A stretch of 64,000 nucleotides of DNA from NCBI RefSeq assembly GCF_033153115.1, contig NW_026889750.1, positions 868,001-932,000 of the forward strand, in the 5' to 3' direction. Below are positions 61,358-64,000 of the stretch, one piece after another. Within the stretch, counting starts at the first letter, position 1. Every line of letters starts with the position of its first letter. This DNA comes from Saccostrea echinata. Lineage: Eukaryota. The notes under the pieces are model-generated. The model had not been told where the DNA came from. It saw only the letters and a list, made by a program, of their open reading frames with translations, and ran no database searches. The translations under genes were made by a program, and so were the position numbers.

Positions 61358-64000
61358 GTAAGTACCTTAGGGGTAGATAACTACGGTCAGAACTTCTTCA
61401 TAGAGTATAGGGGCAGGTAACTCCAGTCATAGTGCTCTGGACTGAATTCCAGTCTTATAGCTTATTGTTTTAATTGTGTTGCATAATATGGAAACATTAG
61501 TAATGGAGACTATAGTTGAAGAACCAGAAGAAAGGTATGAAAAAAGTTTGACAGATTATTTTTTTTAAAGTAATTTAGCACCATGCAAGTTTAGATGAAC
61601 TTGATATTTTCTGTGCAGCTCATAAAAGCTTAATATGTTTCCCTCGTCGACACCATTGGAAGTAACATAGGACCAGGAATGTTACTTGAATCATAGCTTT
61701 ACTTGTTTTTGTTAATATATAGATTTAATTATAAATATCATTTTGATGCTCTGATGAGATTAATTCTATATTTTTTATTTATTTATATTTTCCCATAGAC
61801 TAGATATATCAATTTGGTTTATAACACTTAACAATCATATCGGGTTTAAAATAGTCTATCAAGAATCTTATAATAATAGTGTGATGATATAGATGTGAAC
61901 ATTGACCTCTTGTTTGGTAGGACTTCATTAACAATACTCCTTTAGCACGTCTAGTCAATAAATCTCTAAAGCAGAACATTTATCCTGAATTGGGTTTAAA
62001 TTGATGAACAATTTAAACAGCTTGGTTGTTGCGTCGTCTTATTGTACTGTCTCCTGAAATGATAGATATCAGCATGTACTACAAAATACGGATTGGTGCA
62101 GTGTTTAATCGGTATTTTTACCACAGAGAGAGAGAGAGAGATGGATATGTGTAGTGGTAACAAATGGAAGAGCAATAGATTCTGAAAATTTGATGTTAAT
62201 TATTCAATCCATATTGATATCAAATTTAATTATGATCAAACACGTTCAAGGTTGCAGAGATTCTGTTTTCAACATGGACATTGAATAGCAGAGACCATGG
62301 AGTACAGAGTCCATACTTAAAATTTCATGAAGTGATACTAACAATGGATCATTCCTATCTGTATACTTCTTATATAACAGACTGACAATATCAGTTTTCA
62401 CTGAACAACATACATGTACCATATGTAGTTGTATATTGTTCAGTGAAAAGCACTTTGTCATAGGAAGAAGTCAAATGTACAATATGTAGTTATGAATTCT
62501 TCCTATGACAAAGTGATTTTAAAAAGTATGAAAATGGAATGATAATAGAATTGATTCTTGTGCTCTATATAGGTCAGTTTGGTAATCTGTTAGTTGGTTT
62601 GATATTATGTGTCTTGCATATATTTTCTCTTACCTAAATGGCCCATTTTGTCTCTTACTTCATCTACCAGTGTGCTCTTCAGTAAAAATATTGCAGTAAT
62701 ATTGTTCCATAACAGGTTTTCATTGTCTTGGGTGTGTTTTCTCTTCCATTGAACCAATTTGACTTATATGTAACCAAACAAGTACCCTTGGGTAAAGGGT
62801 GTGCAGTGACCCTGTACCAAAGAAGATGGGCGTGTTTGGTGTGTGATCTGCAGGAATAAGGCGTACGAAACATTCATAGTTTAAATGTCTACGATTTTGT
62901 CGGTAACCACAGCTGGACATACATTACAAAGTTACGTACATGGGAAAATGTTACATTTAGTTTGAAATACTTTGTCATATTTAATATATCAGTCCACTTA
63001 TCTTATTAATTACTACATGTAAAACTTAGTCACGCGTCACATAAATAATAAACACCTATAGGGTTTAGTTAAATGCAATTACAAGTACATGTATATATTA
63101 AAGTATCAGTAGGTTGAAGAATTGCTTTCGCTTTCAGTGCAACAGAACCAGAATTTATCTATCTGAAAATAAATCAGTACATAATATTAAACTGACAAAA
63201 GAATTGATTGTTTGTAGTAAAAAAAAAATATTGACACTCCATGCGAGGATCGAACCAAAAATATTCCTTTTTCACTGCACTGGATGAGTAACGCATACTA
63301 TTGAGCTATCACCGCTACACACATTTTATGGTTTTTAAAGCGACAATGAAGCACCGCATTTATACATTGGAATTTTTTTTGGAAAAAGTTCATTTTTTAT
63401 CGTCACTGGGTCTTCTCTCCATTTTTTACAAAAGTTTGTTGGTTTCTTTGAATTAAAATACACAAAAATAACATTTCAAAATCAAGGAGAGATGACCCAG
63501 AGGTAGCAAATTTTTAGAAAAACATGTTTGAAAATATAACATTTTGTACCAAATGACTCATCTAGCCAATTTCCAATTTCTTTTTTAGCAAATATAAATA
63601 CAATATCGGGAAAATATTTCCCTTTCCTATTTCACAGGAACCCGATACATCAAAAGAATGCTAAAATTTCATGTGATAGATCAATGAAATTTTCCCTTTT
63701 CAAGTGCGCCCAGATTCCTGCCGAATGCCAATCAAAAGCGCCCTCGTTCTTTCTATGTCAAAGATCAAGGTTGGGGCATTTCTTTGTTTGGAGTTCATGG
63801 GATTGATTTATTTTTCTTCACTTGGACCAGTTTTGCTTATATTCCTTAATGACTATAATCTAAGTTTTCAGTAAAATAATTTTGGTAGTAACTAATTGAA
63901 ATCTTGGGGGGGGGGTTCTTTTTTTCTTTTTTGTGATTAATATAAAAAAAATACATGTACAAGTAGTTAATTTAATGTAACACCAAGATAATAACCTTTC

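Overview
AT-rich, intron-containing animal DNA, most likely a bivalve mollusc. The oyster-like assignment is inferred from the repeat families and is not proven. The ORF track is mostly spurious because the genes are spliced, so I rebuilt them by hand from GT/GC-AG junctions. In order: (1) most of a FAF2/UBXD8 gene (+, 114-6790, 5' end outside the window); (2) four intact tandem rho-class-like glutathione S-transferase genes (-, 10324-46639), all with the same six-exon layout; (3) a five-exon HD-superfamily (COG4339-like) putative phosphohydrolase gene, head-to-head with GST4 (+, 47246-48647); (4) a Tctex1-domain dynein light chain gene (-, 49255-51896); (5) an unassigned small secreted 8-cysteine peptide gene (+, 54474-54743); (6) the first three exons of a PLEKHA5/6/7-like WW-PH gene (+, 56234-61357). 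Introns and spacers are full of non-autonomous elements: hAT-, Tc1/mariner-, MULE-, Harbinger- and Crypton-like MITEs, Helentron/HINE-like elements carrying satellite arrays, tRNA-derived SINEs and a decayed RTE-type LINE. The highlights are the orphan anionic Cys-rich peptide, the bacterial-type HD gene on a probable bidirectional promoter with a GST, and a three-level transposon nest. At the centre of the nest is a long-TIR foldback element that also occurs as a 116-bp hairpin version.
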